Positions 13,555 to 25,587 of a stretch of DNA of 64,000 bases are shown in pieces; positions within the stretch are counted from its first letter, which is position 1, and each line of letters starts with the position of its first letter. Location: positions 427,249-491,248 of the forward strand of contig NW_014577088.1 in NCBI RefSeq assembly GCF_000485595.1, read 5' to 3'. The position numbers were made by a program, and so were the translations under genes. Source of the DNA: Priapulus caudatus. Taxonomy: Eukaryota. Below the pieces are notes generated by a model. The model did not search any database. It was not told where the DNA came from and worked only from the letters and a program-made list of their open reading frames with translations.

Positions 13555-14362
13555 NNNNNNNNNNNNNNNNNNNNNNNNNNNNNNNNNNNNNNNNNNNNNN
13601 NNNNNNNNNNNNNNNNNNNNNNNNNNNNNNNNNNNNNNNNNNNNNNNNNNNNNNNNNNNNNNNNNNNNNNNNNNNNNNNNNNNNNNNNNNNNNNNNNNNN
13701 NNNNNNNNNNNNNNNNNNNNNNNNNNNNNNNNNNNNNNNNNNNNNNNNNNNNNNNNNNNNNNNNNNNNNNNNNNNNNNNNNNNNNNNNNNNNNNNNNNNN
13801 NNNNNNNNNNNNNNNNNNNNNNNNNNNNNNNNNNNNNNNNNNNNNNNNNNNNNNNNNNNNNNNNNNNNNNNNNNNNNNNNNNNNNNNNNNNNNNNNNNNN
13901 NNNNNNNNNNNNNNNNNNNNNNNNNNNNNNNNNNNNNNNNNNNNNNNNNNNNNNNNNNNNNNNNNNNNNNNNNNNNNNNNNNNNNNNNNNNNNNNNNNNN
14001 NNNNNNNNNNNNNNNNNNNNNNNNNNNNNNNNNNNNNNNNNNNNNNNNNNNNNNNNNNNNNNNNNNNNNNNNNNNNNNNNNNNNNNNNNNNNNNNNNNNN
14101 NNNNNNNNNNNNNNNNNNNNNNNNNNNNNNNNNNNNNNNNNNNNNNNNNNNNNNNNNNNNNNNNNNNNNNNNNNNNNNNNNNNNNNNNNNNNNNNNNNNN
14201 NNNNNNNNNNNNNNNNNNNNNNNNNNNNNNNNNNNNNNNNNNNNNNNNNNNNNNNNNNNNNNNNNNNNNNNNNNNNNNNNNNNNNNNNNNNNNNNNNNNN
14301 NNNNNNNNNNNNNNNNNNNNNNNNNNNNNNNNNNNNNNNNNNNNNNNNNNNNNNNNNNNNNN
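13555..14362. other. Assembly gap (N run)
   Basis: 808 Ns; smaller gaps at 9336-9345, 22441-22450, 30391-30400 and 34456-34480. Confidence 1.
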
Positions 14363-15429
14363 CGAGTTTGCTGGTGGGCCGAGTTGACCGTAGCCCTTTT
14401 AGGTCGCCCACTGTCATGCTATCATTTTTATTTGTCATTTTCGTCTGTTATCATGACCACAATGTTACACATATGCATGACGCGTCTTATGTGCTCGGTG
14501 ACAGAACACAACCGTTGCACGTACTCCTGTTTGAATGCTATGATTTGCTATTTGAGGTGCTCTGCGCGTGCGCGTGACTCAGAGTAGGGACGGTGATGAC
14601 CCCGATAGCAACTTTTAATCACAATATTTTAGGTCGCATAATCGAGATCGCAATAGGGCCAGTGCCAACGGTCCTGCACGCTTGTACCTTCGTTGTTGGC
14701 TATATTGGTGTTATTGCTTGATAACGCCGCCCGGATCTTGGCTCTCTGCCTGCTCTCCGTGGGTAATGTCGCACCCTCTGGGTAGTGCGAAGTTTGGAAA
14801 AGGTCCATGCCACTGTCAGTGAACCTCGGGGCGACATTTAATTACGTGCGTCAGTAATGAGTGCAGACATCGGGAACGCTGTGGTGGCGCGGTGGTGGCC
14901 GCAGCATACCGGTATAATCAGCGCGCCCGGCGAGCTGAGCAGGCTAAACCACAGGGTTCAGTCTGCGCCGTGGCTACTGCGCTCGACCCTACTGGGCGAT
15001 GCGAGACCCCGCATTGCATCGCTGAGCGACTCCGCGAGCGCGCGCGTGCGGTATAATTAAAGCGATGCAGGTAATGATGAACTGACGCTGGCTAGCTAGC
15101 CACGTCATCGCGCGCGCGCACATAATAGATATCATCCACCACCTGATATGATGGCTCTCAAATTGAAGCACCTGCGTTTACAGCAGGTGTTGGCTCCTGT
15201 CGTCGCGAGAGTTATGAGCGTTATTACAATATATATATATATATATATAATCATATATATTTCAGAGTTAATAAGAAACATTGTCTTGACAAGATGTTTT
15301 GTCTTCTGATTAACTCGCTGATATATATATCTATATATATATATATATATATAATATAAATACATATATATTCCATATAATCGTACTCTGATATACATTC
15401 TCATCTCTTCCGTTGTACACTGTATGTAT

Positions 15430-15835
15430 GGGCTACGGTCAACTCGGCCCACCAGCCAACTCGCACCGTGTGGCGAGTTCACTCGTCTGGAGATCGGTGA
15501 GCTCGGCTCGTGGGATGAGTTCACCCTCCTGGAGATCGGTGAGCTCGCCTCGCCGGCTAACTCGTGAGATGTTTCACACGCCCCAACGTCGAAACGTTTG
15601 CATGTAAGTTAGTACATTTGATATATACACGTGCGTGTATCAAATGTACTAACTTACATGCAAACGTTTCGACGTTGGGGCGTGTGAAACATCTCACGAG
15701 TTAGCCGGCGAGGCGAGCCCACCGATCTCCAGGAGGATGAACTCATCCCACGAGCCGAGCTCACCGATCTCCAGACGAGTGAACTCGCCACAATGCGGGT
15801 GCGAGTTGGCAGGGGGGCCGAGTTGACCGTAGACC
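15430..15835. mobile_element. ~400-bp foldback element
   Basis: ~190-bp near-perfect arms (ctacggtcaactcggccc.../...gggccgagttgaccgtag) centred at ~15631; the same terminus occurs at 14363-14396. Confidence 0.85.
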
Positions 15836-16579
15836 GGATAAAAGACATCTGTTTATCATATACTGCTTTGCCCCCCCCCCCCAAAAAAAACGTTCAACTA
15901 CAACACACTCTCGATACTCACCCACGTGCACGCTTAACTTGGCCAAAAACTTAATAAAAAATAAAGCTTATAGGCTTTCTAGACATAAAACAGGTTATAC
16001 GAGGTAAAAGGCGCAGTACAGGTGACAGTTAGCAGTTGAGCTGCTGTACCTGCAAATGAATCAGGTTAAAACGTATCAAAATAGGAATAAATTGCACGAG
16101 GCTTGTGCTGAACGAACCGACAAGTTTCCCAGTGCTACTTAATCCTTGTGTAATTACTGTGCGACGACATAGATTACCAAGAAAGAGGATGTTGAGACAT
16201 TCCCTCTGGCATACACATAAGGGTTCGAACTCTTTTTTACCCTGACAGGCAACATCAATGGTTCCCTTTGAGACGACACCAAAATCGATGAGACCGATCG
16301 AGAGACTGAGAGAGGAAGTGTGTATGTGAGAGAGGGGATCGAGAGAGGAAGAGAAATAGCGCGAGAGAGAACGCGAGAGAAAGAGAACGCGAGAGAGAGA
16401 GAACGCGAGAGAGAGAGAGAGAACGTGAGAGACAGCGAGAAATCCAGAGAGAGAGAGATAGAGAAAGGGTGCGAGAGAGGGGAGAGAGAGATATTTACAC
16501 AGAGAGGTAGACAGAGGGAAGAGCACTACAGAATAGCCGTGCAGAAAAGTCAGGCGACAAAGAACAACTGAATTCCTAC

Positions 16580-16874
16580 CTAAATGCTGTACGCTAACTT
16601 TTGATTTGTCCTTCTGTTTTGGCTGCGGCATGACGACGCACCTCTGCCGCTCGTTCGTGTCCTGCGTCTGTGGCGTGTAGACGGAGACCGCGTGTTCCCG
16701 CAGCAGCTGGGGGGCGGCTGTGGCCGAAGCGGGGCTCATGGGACCGCCGGCGAACGAGTAGAAGTGCGACAGCAGTGTCGGCGGTGCCGTCGCCACGGGC
16801 ACACCGAGCATGCCGCGAGCAGGCGGCCACACGTCTGCCTCGTTCATACCTGCTGCCTGTCCTGATATATGCAT
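16580..16874 (-). CDS. E75: E75A-like isoform N-terminal (A/B region) coding exon
   Basis: GC-rich Pro/Ala-rich open frame MHISGQAAGMNEADVWPP...KSKVSVQHL within ORF 16029-16973. It ends CAT TTA G|gtagga (phase 1); G+AA gives the E of EFDG in the next exon. Start could be ATG 16874 or 16847. Confidence 0.8.
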
Positions 16875-17364
16875 CAGTCTCAACCGTATCCTCGACGATA
16901 GACGAATGATGAGCGATGTGTGCGTGTGCGTACGCGCGTACGTACGTGTGTCCGTGTGTTGTTCGTAAGTCAACTGCCACTACCAGACTGCGCCTATGAA
17001 CGTATATATATGTATATATAAGTAAATATATATGTACACACGAGAACGCAGCGCCTAACGACACAGGTGAAAGGCGCTCTGGCAAATCCCAGCTTCAGTT
17101 CGTTGCTACGAATGGATTCTGTCAGCTCGCCTCGTACTCGCGTCTGTCATGCCATAGAGAGCAGCACGGCACATACAGCAACTGAACTGCCCAGCCGCAG
17201 TGACTACGTGTAAACGTAGCGGAGGCTCGAAGCCTATGTCTGTCCGTATGCACGTGTGAGCGAGTGTGCGAGAGAGAGAGAGAGAGAGAGAGCGAGTGCG
17301 GATCCGAACCGGTGCGCTGCCACGCGCTGTGCAGAATAAAACTATCCGTGGCCATGCAAGGCTG

Positions 17365-17472
17365 ATGTCAGTGAACTGGCACCGCTAATAGCGCTGAGAA
17401 CACATCCCATGATGCACTGCACGCTCCCCTGGGAGCAGTGACCGGCTATTTACTCAATCGCAGCAGTGACGC
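17365..17472. promoter_or_regulatory. Cluster of EcRE-like IR1 elements upstream of the E75 first exon
   Basis: ATGTCAgTGAACT (17365-17377), GATGCAcTGCACG (17411-17423), GGAGCAgTGACCG (17432-17444), GCAGCAgTGACGC (17460-17472). Confidence 0.45.
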
Positions 17473-18191
17473 GGTCTCACCCCTTCCTGCCACATATTAA
17501 TGCCCGTTGTTTGCGCGCATAGATTATCCTGATGCTCACACGCACGCGATATTATGTAGCACATATTTTATAGTACATAATAGAGTATCTCTATTATGTA
17601 CTCTTGATATAATAATGCAGCCATAGTGCACGACTAGACATTTTCCGCCACCTGTAGTTATTTGTATTAAATAATAAAGACGCGCGACGCGTCGTGTGAG
17701 TCAAGGGGCGCCAAAAACATGTTTACTTATAATGTTTCATTATTTCCACTGCCTAGGTTTACGCGTCGGCAGGAATTCGGAGCAAAATTCGGGAAGCTAA
17801 GCGCAGAAGCACTTTGCTACTTCAAAAACACGCAACAAAGTCCGGTATATAATAGTAAGACGGCCTGGGGTTGCGACTTTCTAAGTGTGACGTGTCTACG
17901 ATGCAAACGTCGTCTGAGGTGTTACATTATAACCAATCGCGAGTTCCGTCTTCCATCAAGGTGCGCATTCCCTATATCACGTGTGGAGCTAAGTTGAACG
18001 CATTCGCAATGAACTCTAACGAAAGCGAACTAACTACTAAAGTGAACTCGTTTCACTTTCACCAAGTATACGTTCTGCGTGTTCGTTGTTCTTAGACCTC
18101 TACCGCTGGCCCACCGAGTACGGGCCCGCCGGCAGTGCGCGCGGCGCGGAACCCGTCTCAAATTCCGGTTGAGAATTCGGTGAGCGGTGCA

Positions 18192-18204
18192 GGGTCACTG
18201 CACA
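18192..18204. promoter_or_regulatory. hsp27-type EcRE-like IR1
   Basis: GGGTCAcTGCACA resembles the hsp27 EcRE GGTTCAaTGCACT and lies in a GC-rich block ~1.3 kb upstream of the ATG. Confidence 0.4.
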
Positions 18205-19324
18205 TTGTAGGGCAGTGGCACTTACGCGCAGGACTAATCAGGCTCCATAGTCCATAGCTTCTGCGATAACCGGCTATTCTTAGCAGTGCTTTACCGGAGC
18301 GCAGGGGATCGCAACAGACTGGGCTGACAGCAACGGATTACGCAATAACGCCGGGCATAATATTTATTCAGCAGACAATGGATTCACGCGCAAAAGCATG
18401 TAAAAGTGACAAAATTAATAAGCGTAGTGAAGGCATAGGTAGTGATAACGGGGCAGGCTAGAATCACGACACGCACGCGAGCGCACGCACATATCAACAA
18501 TACACAGGCACACGAACGCACTCACGCATCCGGCACGCACGCTCGTATTACGTAGGCCTAGAGTCCCTTAATATATTCTTAATTAAACTATCATATGGCG
18601 CGAACGATTTGAGTTACATTTCTAGAAATCTAGATACACATAGACACATGTCTTAGCTATAATTTCTGTGAATTTGGAGTTTATTGAAGCACGATTAGTC
18701 TAATTAATTACTACGAATCATTGTATAGCGTATCCATACAGCGATGTACTTGAGCGGCAGCGGTGTACGTGGATCCATTTGGAACCAATATGGTTTCAAA
18801 TTGCGAGTTGTCGCAACTATTTATATAAAGGGACTATACGTAGGCCTACCTACTATCATCTTTGAAGATGCCATCAGATTAACTATAACCGGACTACAAG
18901 TAGAGACGCTAACCGCGGAGGCAACGTTTGGAAACTATATAGGAGCAACAAACCTTGAAAGTTGGGGAAAAAATCTACGCAGGTGCATGCATGTGGTCAT
19001 TCGGCGCGATATGAATTTCTCAATCAGTATAGCTCTCAGCTCATTTCTTAGCTCACCAGAAATTGACCCCAGAGATCTGTGCAGTAGTAACGAGTATGGT
19101 CGCATTAATGTCTAACTTCATCGCCGAAAATACGTTCAGTCACTGTGACAGCAGGCATGGTGATAGCAAGACCACTGGCGTTGCTTAGGAATGAGACCTG
19201 AGGCAAGTACGGGCTGAACGATTAAAATTTAAGATGGATTGGAAGCAACAACGTGAATCCTAGTGTACACGACACGTTGACACAAAAGAGCAATGCACCC
19301 AACGGCCACGTGAATAAATTAAAT

Positions 19325-19363
19325 CAGGGGTTAATAATGAAAAATTGTCATTATTAACCCCTA
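19325..19363. mobile_element. Tiny palindromic CARGAG-related element
   Basis: caggggttaataatga...tcattattaaccccta; TSD attaaat/attaaac. Confidence 0.65.
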
Positions 19364-19509
19364 ATTAAACGTCACATGCAAGCTTGACACGATACAAGGC
19401 GACGCGATACACGATATGACAGGCAAGAATTAATGCAAGACAATGGGAACTAGTACTGAGATACCTATACATACTGACGGCGCAGCTACAGCCACAAGTG
19501 AAGTACTAT

Positions 19510-19594
19510 AAAGAGTCCATAATAGAAAACCATTTTAAATTAGAGAGATATTAATCTTAAAATGGAGAAATATTTTCTATTATATGGACTCTTG
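19510..19594. mobile_element. Tiny palindromic CARGAG-family element
   Basis: aaagagtccataatagaaaa...ttttctattatatggactcttg; TSD gtactat/gcactat. Confidence 0.7.
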
Positions 19595-20746
19595 GCACTA
19601 TTAATTGGTAAATTGCGTTATATCGTTTGTATATAACAGCCACAGTCATGCGCGTCCTTGCTTTCGACTCTAATCACACATGTGATCGCGGAATATTAAA
19701 GTCAATCTGTTTATACCTCGCACATATAAGGCCACAGCAGCTGTTTGCTGAACGATCGCAATTTATTCGTATTATGTATGCTTAAAAATAACCGCCGAAA
19801 CGCGCGTCACTCGTGTCGCTCCCAGGGACACCGCCTCTAATTCTCTTATAATTGTTTTATTTGTATATATTTGTATATATATATATATATTGTATTTATT
19901 GTTATATTTGTATCATACGTACATTACACGAAACAATATATTCATTCCATGCATTCCTAAACTGCGGGAAGCGACATATAGACCCTTATAACTACCGTAT
20001 GCGGATCTACTCCGGATGCGACACCACCGCAATATGCGAGTGTGTAGTTTACCTACTGCTCGCTGTGCGCAACAATATACTCACCTACGATCGGTCTAGA
20101 AATGCGCGGAAGGTAGCGACCGTAGGGAGACACATGCAGTTGCAGCTGAAATTGCTTCGACGACAACTCGTCATCGCTCACGTTGTGCGTCAGAAAATCG
20201 TAACTGTTTCTGCTAAGAATCTTGTCGAACATGATGTTTGCGATCGAGTCGCTTGGCGCATGTGAGACCGCGCACGTAGATCTCAACTGCGCTATATATA
20301 CCTCCCGATTGGAGTAATATCGCCGATTAAAATATGCCTTTTTAAATACGTGTTGGTTGACGTCACACTGGGTAAGAGTATACACCGCCACACAATTCAC
20401 TATACACAATGCGTAGGGAACACACGCTAAGCGGGCAGTATTTTAATGAGAAATGTACACCAGAAGAGCGAGCGGTATAACAAGTGCTGCCGGTGATAGT
20501 TTGCACCTGCAAACGATCAACGCGAGGCGCTGCTAACAACGGTGAGACGTTGCAAAGTAACGGGCCATTCAGACCCTCTACAAGACATGCACGCAAAAGG
20601 TTGCCAAACTATCACATCAATGCCGCAGTACATCACGGGTAGGCCAGGTATTGCATTTCACTTGTTAAACTACATGCAAATGATACCAGCATGAGTGAGC
20701 TCACAATGCTAGTTGACGTTGTAACTGGCCAAATTAGAAACCAGCT

Positions 20747-20934
<188 letters not shown>

Positions 20935-21759
20935 GGTTCTTGGATACCGAGGCCAACAATTGCTAGCAGGCATTATACGGATATGAACGTAAAATAATTG
21001 AGCGCTTCATAGTTTTGGAGCAGAATGTGACGGTTTCCGAGGGAACATATGAAAGAGCGACTACAAGAAATGTGACGAATAACTGTCTAAATTTCAGAAT
21101 AGACCCAGCGGAGCGTTGCTATTTGTGCGAACCTCGTGTAATAACATACAAAATGTCTCCTATCGATATTTCTACTTATATTGCATTCCTACCTGTGTAC
21201 ACACTGCATTGGGATTTTCCTGGAATATTGCTTGACAAAAGATATTGCAGATGCTCATATGTGGCTTATACGTCATTACCAAGGCGGTTATAATTAACCT
21301 GCTAACATGTGTCCCTATCATAGCATGTTAATTAACTTCTCTCTGCGAAACACAAGCGGAAGCTAATGAAGTTAATTAATGATGGCGGCAGATTGTGTGT
21401 GAGGACTTAGCTATACTCGGGAAAAGAAAGCGCGAGAGGGAAAGTGGATCGGATATGCCTACGGGATATGGATACATATCGGTACATTAAAAAACAGGTC
21501 AGGTGATTCACATATCAAGTCATTACATTAGCCGCAGTATGTAAACCGTTTGTATGCGTATGGAGTTTGTGCCAGTGCATTGCAAATATCCACAATGGCA
21601 GCGCAATCAATGCTAGTTTGCACATAACAATAGCGGAAATTAAATGTGAGAAGTAATTGAGCAAGACTATATTACATGCATGCTAACATAACAGCACGGG
21701 GCACGTGAAATTTTATCAACCAAACAAACGTTTAGCTCTTTTTTCCAGGTGCTTAACAC

Positions 21760-22247
21760 CACAGGCATTTGGAACGTCTCAATAATAAAAAAAATTATGG
21801 TAAATAAACACGAAATGTATTTACTACCAGAGTCTTAATGTTTCTCTACTCTCTTTCGCCTAGCTATTATTGCCGACAATTTCATGTACATGCCGCTCAA
21901 ATGCTCCTCTGCAACACACAATTAAGTACACCGCAGGCACGCCGCTGTGAACAAACAACAAGAATAATAACAAGAATAAAATAATATAAACTAATAATTT
22001 AAAATAATATAAAATAAAAAAATAATAACAACAACACAAACAAGAAGAATCTTTATGCGTGTGGTGTACTTAATTGTGTGTTGCAGAGGAGCATTTGAAC
22101 GGCATTTACAGGAAATTATCGGCAATAATAGGCGAGATAGAGAGTAGTAGAGAGTAAAAGAGAGTAGAGAAACATTAAGACTTTGGTGGTAGTAAATACA
22201 TTTCGTGTTTATTTACCATATTTTTTTATTTGTTCCGAGTGCCTGTG
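21760..22247. mobile_element. Foldback MITE with 8-bp TSD (P- or hAT-like)
   Basis: Termini cacaggca.../...tgcctgtg, ~170-bp imperfect arms, perfect TSD cttaacac (21752-21759 and 22248-22255). Confidence 0.85.
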
Positions 22248-22450
22248 CTTAACACGGCCGTGCATAAGTTTCGCTGGACCCTGCTCCCCTCAATGGGAGA
22301 AGCATATACATCAAGCGCAATTAAATAGCAATAAGCCGGCGCAGACAGACGTCATCGATAGCCACAAATAGACGCAATATATGTGTTTTTAATTATATAT
22401 ATATATGTATATAATCAAGAGCTAATAATACCTAGGTATTNNNNNNNNNN

Positions 22451-22500
<50 letters not shown>

Positions 22501-22517
22501 TTATATATATATATATA

Positions 22518-22787
22518 TACGATACGCACGCACGGACGCGTACACTCACGCGCACAAATTACGTTTGAGTAGAAAAATTACGTTATATATAACAACGTTA
22601 TTGTAAATACGTTAACTAACGCTGCCAGGACCCCATACAATAACTTTATACTAACGGTACATAACGGCACGCACTTTACGTTTGCAAAACGTTATAAAAA
22701 CCCGACACATTTACGTTGAACAAACGTGATTAAATAACGTTATCCGAACCATACAATAACGTTATAATAACGTTTTTGCTTTAGCTG

Positions 22788-22790
<3 letters not shown>
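22518..22790 (-). mobile_element. Fragment with CCCAGC terminus (CACTA/EnSpm-like), duplicated at 23785-24121
   Basis: Ends aacgtttttgctttagctggg with many AACGTT motifs; the second copy is full of small insertions. Confidence 0.5.
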
Positions 22791-22866
<76 letters not shown>

Positions 22867-22868
<2 letters not shown>

Positions 22869-22966
22869 AGAGTCCATAATAGCAAATATTCTTCTATTAT
22901 GGACTCTTGATAATACCTTATTATAACCCATGCAGTTGCTGATTATATAGGTATTATTAGCTCTTG
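22867..22966. mobile_element. Two adjacent or nested CARGAG-family elements
   Basis: caagagtccataatag...ctattatggactcttg (22867-22909), then taatacct...aggtattattagctcttg; a matching left arm caagagctaataatacct lies at 22416. Confidence 0.7.
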
Positions 22967-23037
22967 ATTGTAACTATGCTTTTATTGACTTCTAAAGGTA
23001 TGGGTAGATTCGTGATTTTATATAGATATATGTGTAT

Positions 23038-23077
23038 CAGGAGTAGATAATAGGGAATTCCCTATTATCTACTCCTG
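23038..23077. mobile_element. 40-bp perfect palindrome, CARGAG family
   Basis: caggagtagataatagggaattccctattatctactcctg flanked by 8-bp TSD atgtgtat. Confidence 0.9.
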
Positions 23078-24197
23078 ATGTGTATGTGTATAGTATTATA
23101 TAATAATAATGTAAATTATAAATTTAAAATATAAATAAATTAATACTGTGTATTGTAATTATGCGTGCATATATCCGTAGATTTAGATAGCCTTATATTT
23201 CATTATTTTTATTATTTATTCATTATTTATTTTTATATTTCAAAAGTTCACACCTTTTGATGTTATGATGTTGCTATTGAGGATTATGTATAGATAGGGG
23301 TAATTCATGTCGTTTTCATTAAGTTATGTTTTTGAACTCGATTAAATGCATTTTCTTTTCTGAACTGTGGTTTAATTGCGTGCTGTGTGTGCATGTCGTA
23401 AAATCAAATTCGCTATATATGCTCATAATTGGTGTGTACCGTACTTTATGTAGCCGTTGAATTGGATAAGGGCATGGTTGAAATATAGCTACTCCGAGTT
23501 AAAAGTATAGGGTGAGGCGAAATTGTTCTTATTATGCAACTTGCCAACGCACCCTACTATGTTAGTATGTTTGATTTTCATTGATAAATAAATAAATAAA
23601 TAAATATATATATATATATATATACTATAATATATATATATAACACAACGTTTCACATCCTTTTTATCTACGACAGGTGTTCGTGTGTGACTGATTACTG
23701 TAGTTATAGTAGTTATGTAGTAGTAACTATGATATATACTTATATATATATCTTTAACTATGTTTATAATTTATGATAATATACTACGATAGCGATCACG
23801 CACCGAAGGGACGCGTACACTCACAGCGGCAGGGCCAAATTTACGAGTTTGAGTAAGAAAAAATTACGTTATATATAACAACGTTATTGGTAAATACGTT
23901 AAACCGTAACGCTGGCCAGGACCCCATAGCAACTAACTGTGTATAAGCTAACGGTAGACATGTAACGGCACGGCCACTTTAGCGTTTGTGGGCGAAAGCG
24001 TTGAATAGCAAAACCCGGTGAACACATTTGACGTTTGAACAAACGTTGAATAAATACACGTTATCCGAAGCCAGTAACACGAGAAACCGTTATACCATAA
24101 CGTTTTTGCTTTAGCTGGGGCGATGGAGGTGATATGATATATATAGGAATAATATATATAATATATATATAGTAATGTGTGTGTGTGTGTGTGTGTG

Positions 24198-25568
24198 TGT
24201 AACGAACTTCGGCTGCTATAGATAGCCTCATATTCCCGCATCCCTATCGTCCTGTCGCGTGTCTCAGCATCCCAGGTCGATGCACAGCATCCCTGGTGGC
24301 TATGACGGCGATCACGTGATTCCCACCGGTTGTATGAAAGGAAACCTGTGGGGTGATGTGTGGCTTGTCATGTGATGTGCGTGACATAAAACATGACTTG
24401 ATCATGCGTCTCTCGTGAAGCATGATGGGAAGGTAGGAAGCCCTACCCACGCTGAGCTTGTAGTATAAATACGGGGCTCTGCTCTCAATAGAGTGCCCAG
24501 CCCAGAGTGTCTGCCCGAGTATACGATCTGGAGCGACCGAGACGGGTCAAGCCAGTGTAGTGACGTAGATATCGAATTATTTAACCTAGTATAAAAACCC
24601 AGCGACACGGGTCATTAAACGTAAGCAGATCACGTCATAGGTTATTTTAGTAACAGTCAAGGTAACATGAGCCGAGCGCAGCGAGCGACACGGGTCGCAC
24701 ACGCCGGTCGCGTGGCGCACACGTGTCGCGCGTGTGAGACAACAAAGGAGAGAGAAAGTAATCACCTACACAAGGCGACACTATGATATTTTAGTACCTA
24801 TAGAAAGACAGCTGATCTTAGGTTCCGCTGATCTTACCTGCTGGACATCACTGACTGAGGACCCGCCAGGACCTGCCTGCGATCGGCAGAACTCCACGCT
24901 CGTAAATATGTACTGCATTTGTAAACTAGTCGCTTGTCTGTATGTGCCTGGTGTATAAGATATGTATTGTATCGTATTTACTGGTTGGCTTGCGTAGCCA
25001 GCCTATGTACTGTATGTGTGTATGATGTTGATGTTGTTCATTAAAGAATAGAGTTACCGTAGCAATCCAGTGGTTACAACATTAATTATATTGTCTCTGG
25101 CTTAAGTGCAATTGCACACGTATCTGTGGTACAAACGAACCTGGTCACACTATACGATCACACGTGCCTATTACGTAGAACACACAAGCTTTTCTATACC
25201 AGCATTGCGGCCACAAGCAAGAGCGCCCCATCTTCACGGATCACGTAAGCATACCAGTATCTAGTTAACCCCTGCACAGGGCAAGCAACTCACTACAGGG
25301 TGTTATCTAGTACTGTTTGACTGTTCAATTCATTGTGTATATTTCTGCACCCTAGCGACAACGCTGTGTGAGATGTTGTGCACCATCTTTTAGTTCACCT
25401 TAGTCTGTTGACTAAGGTCGAATAAAAGCCCCGGGCCTATTCCCGGCGTAAACACTTTTATCAGCTTGTTCTGGTTTTACGTGTTGCTATTACTTGTGTA
25501 GACACCTACACTACAATCCAGTGGTCGAACCTTCATTCGTCGTCACAACAAGACGTAAAATCGTTGCA
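24198..25568 (+). mobile_element. 5' LTR of an LTR retrotransposon, interrupted by a solo LTR
   Basis: Termini TGTAACGA/TCGTTGCA, TATAAATA at ~24464, immediately followed by a PBS. Confidence 0.65.
24556..25515 (+). mobile_element. Nested solo LTR (960 bp)
   Basis: Perfect terminal IR TGTAGTG...CACTACA, flanks agccag/atccag (6-bp TSD, one mismatch), AATAAA at 25421. Confidence 0.65.
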
Positions 25569-25569
25569 T

Positions 25570-25587
25570 TGGTGCCGTGACCAGGAT
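25570..25587 (+). other. Primer-binding site, tRNA-His
   Basis: TGGTGCCGTGACCAGGAT directly after the LTR-terminal CA; complementary to the tRNA-His 3' end (...GUCACGGCACCA). Confidence 0.8.

Noticed and set aside
13484..14587. 300-370 aa ORFs
   Set aside because: Almost entirely N-gap.
16029..16579. C-terminal hydrophobic half of the 314-aa ORF
   Set aside because: Read-through past the splice donor into an intronic (TC)-rich tract.
25570..25587. tRNA gene or tRNA-derived SINE
   Set aside because: Only ~18 nt complementary to the tRNA 3' end including CCA; no cloverleaf or A/B boxes, so it is a PBS.
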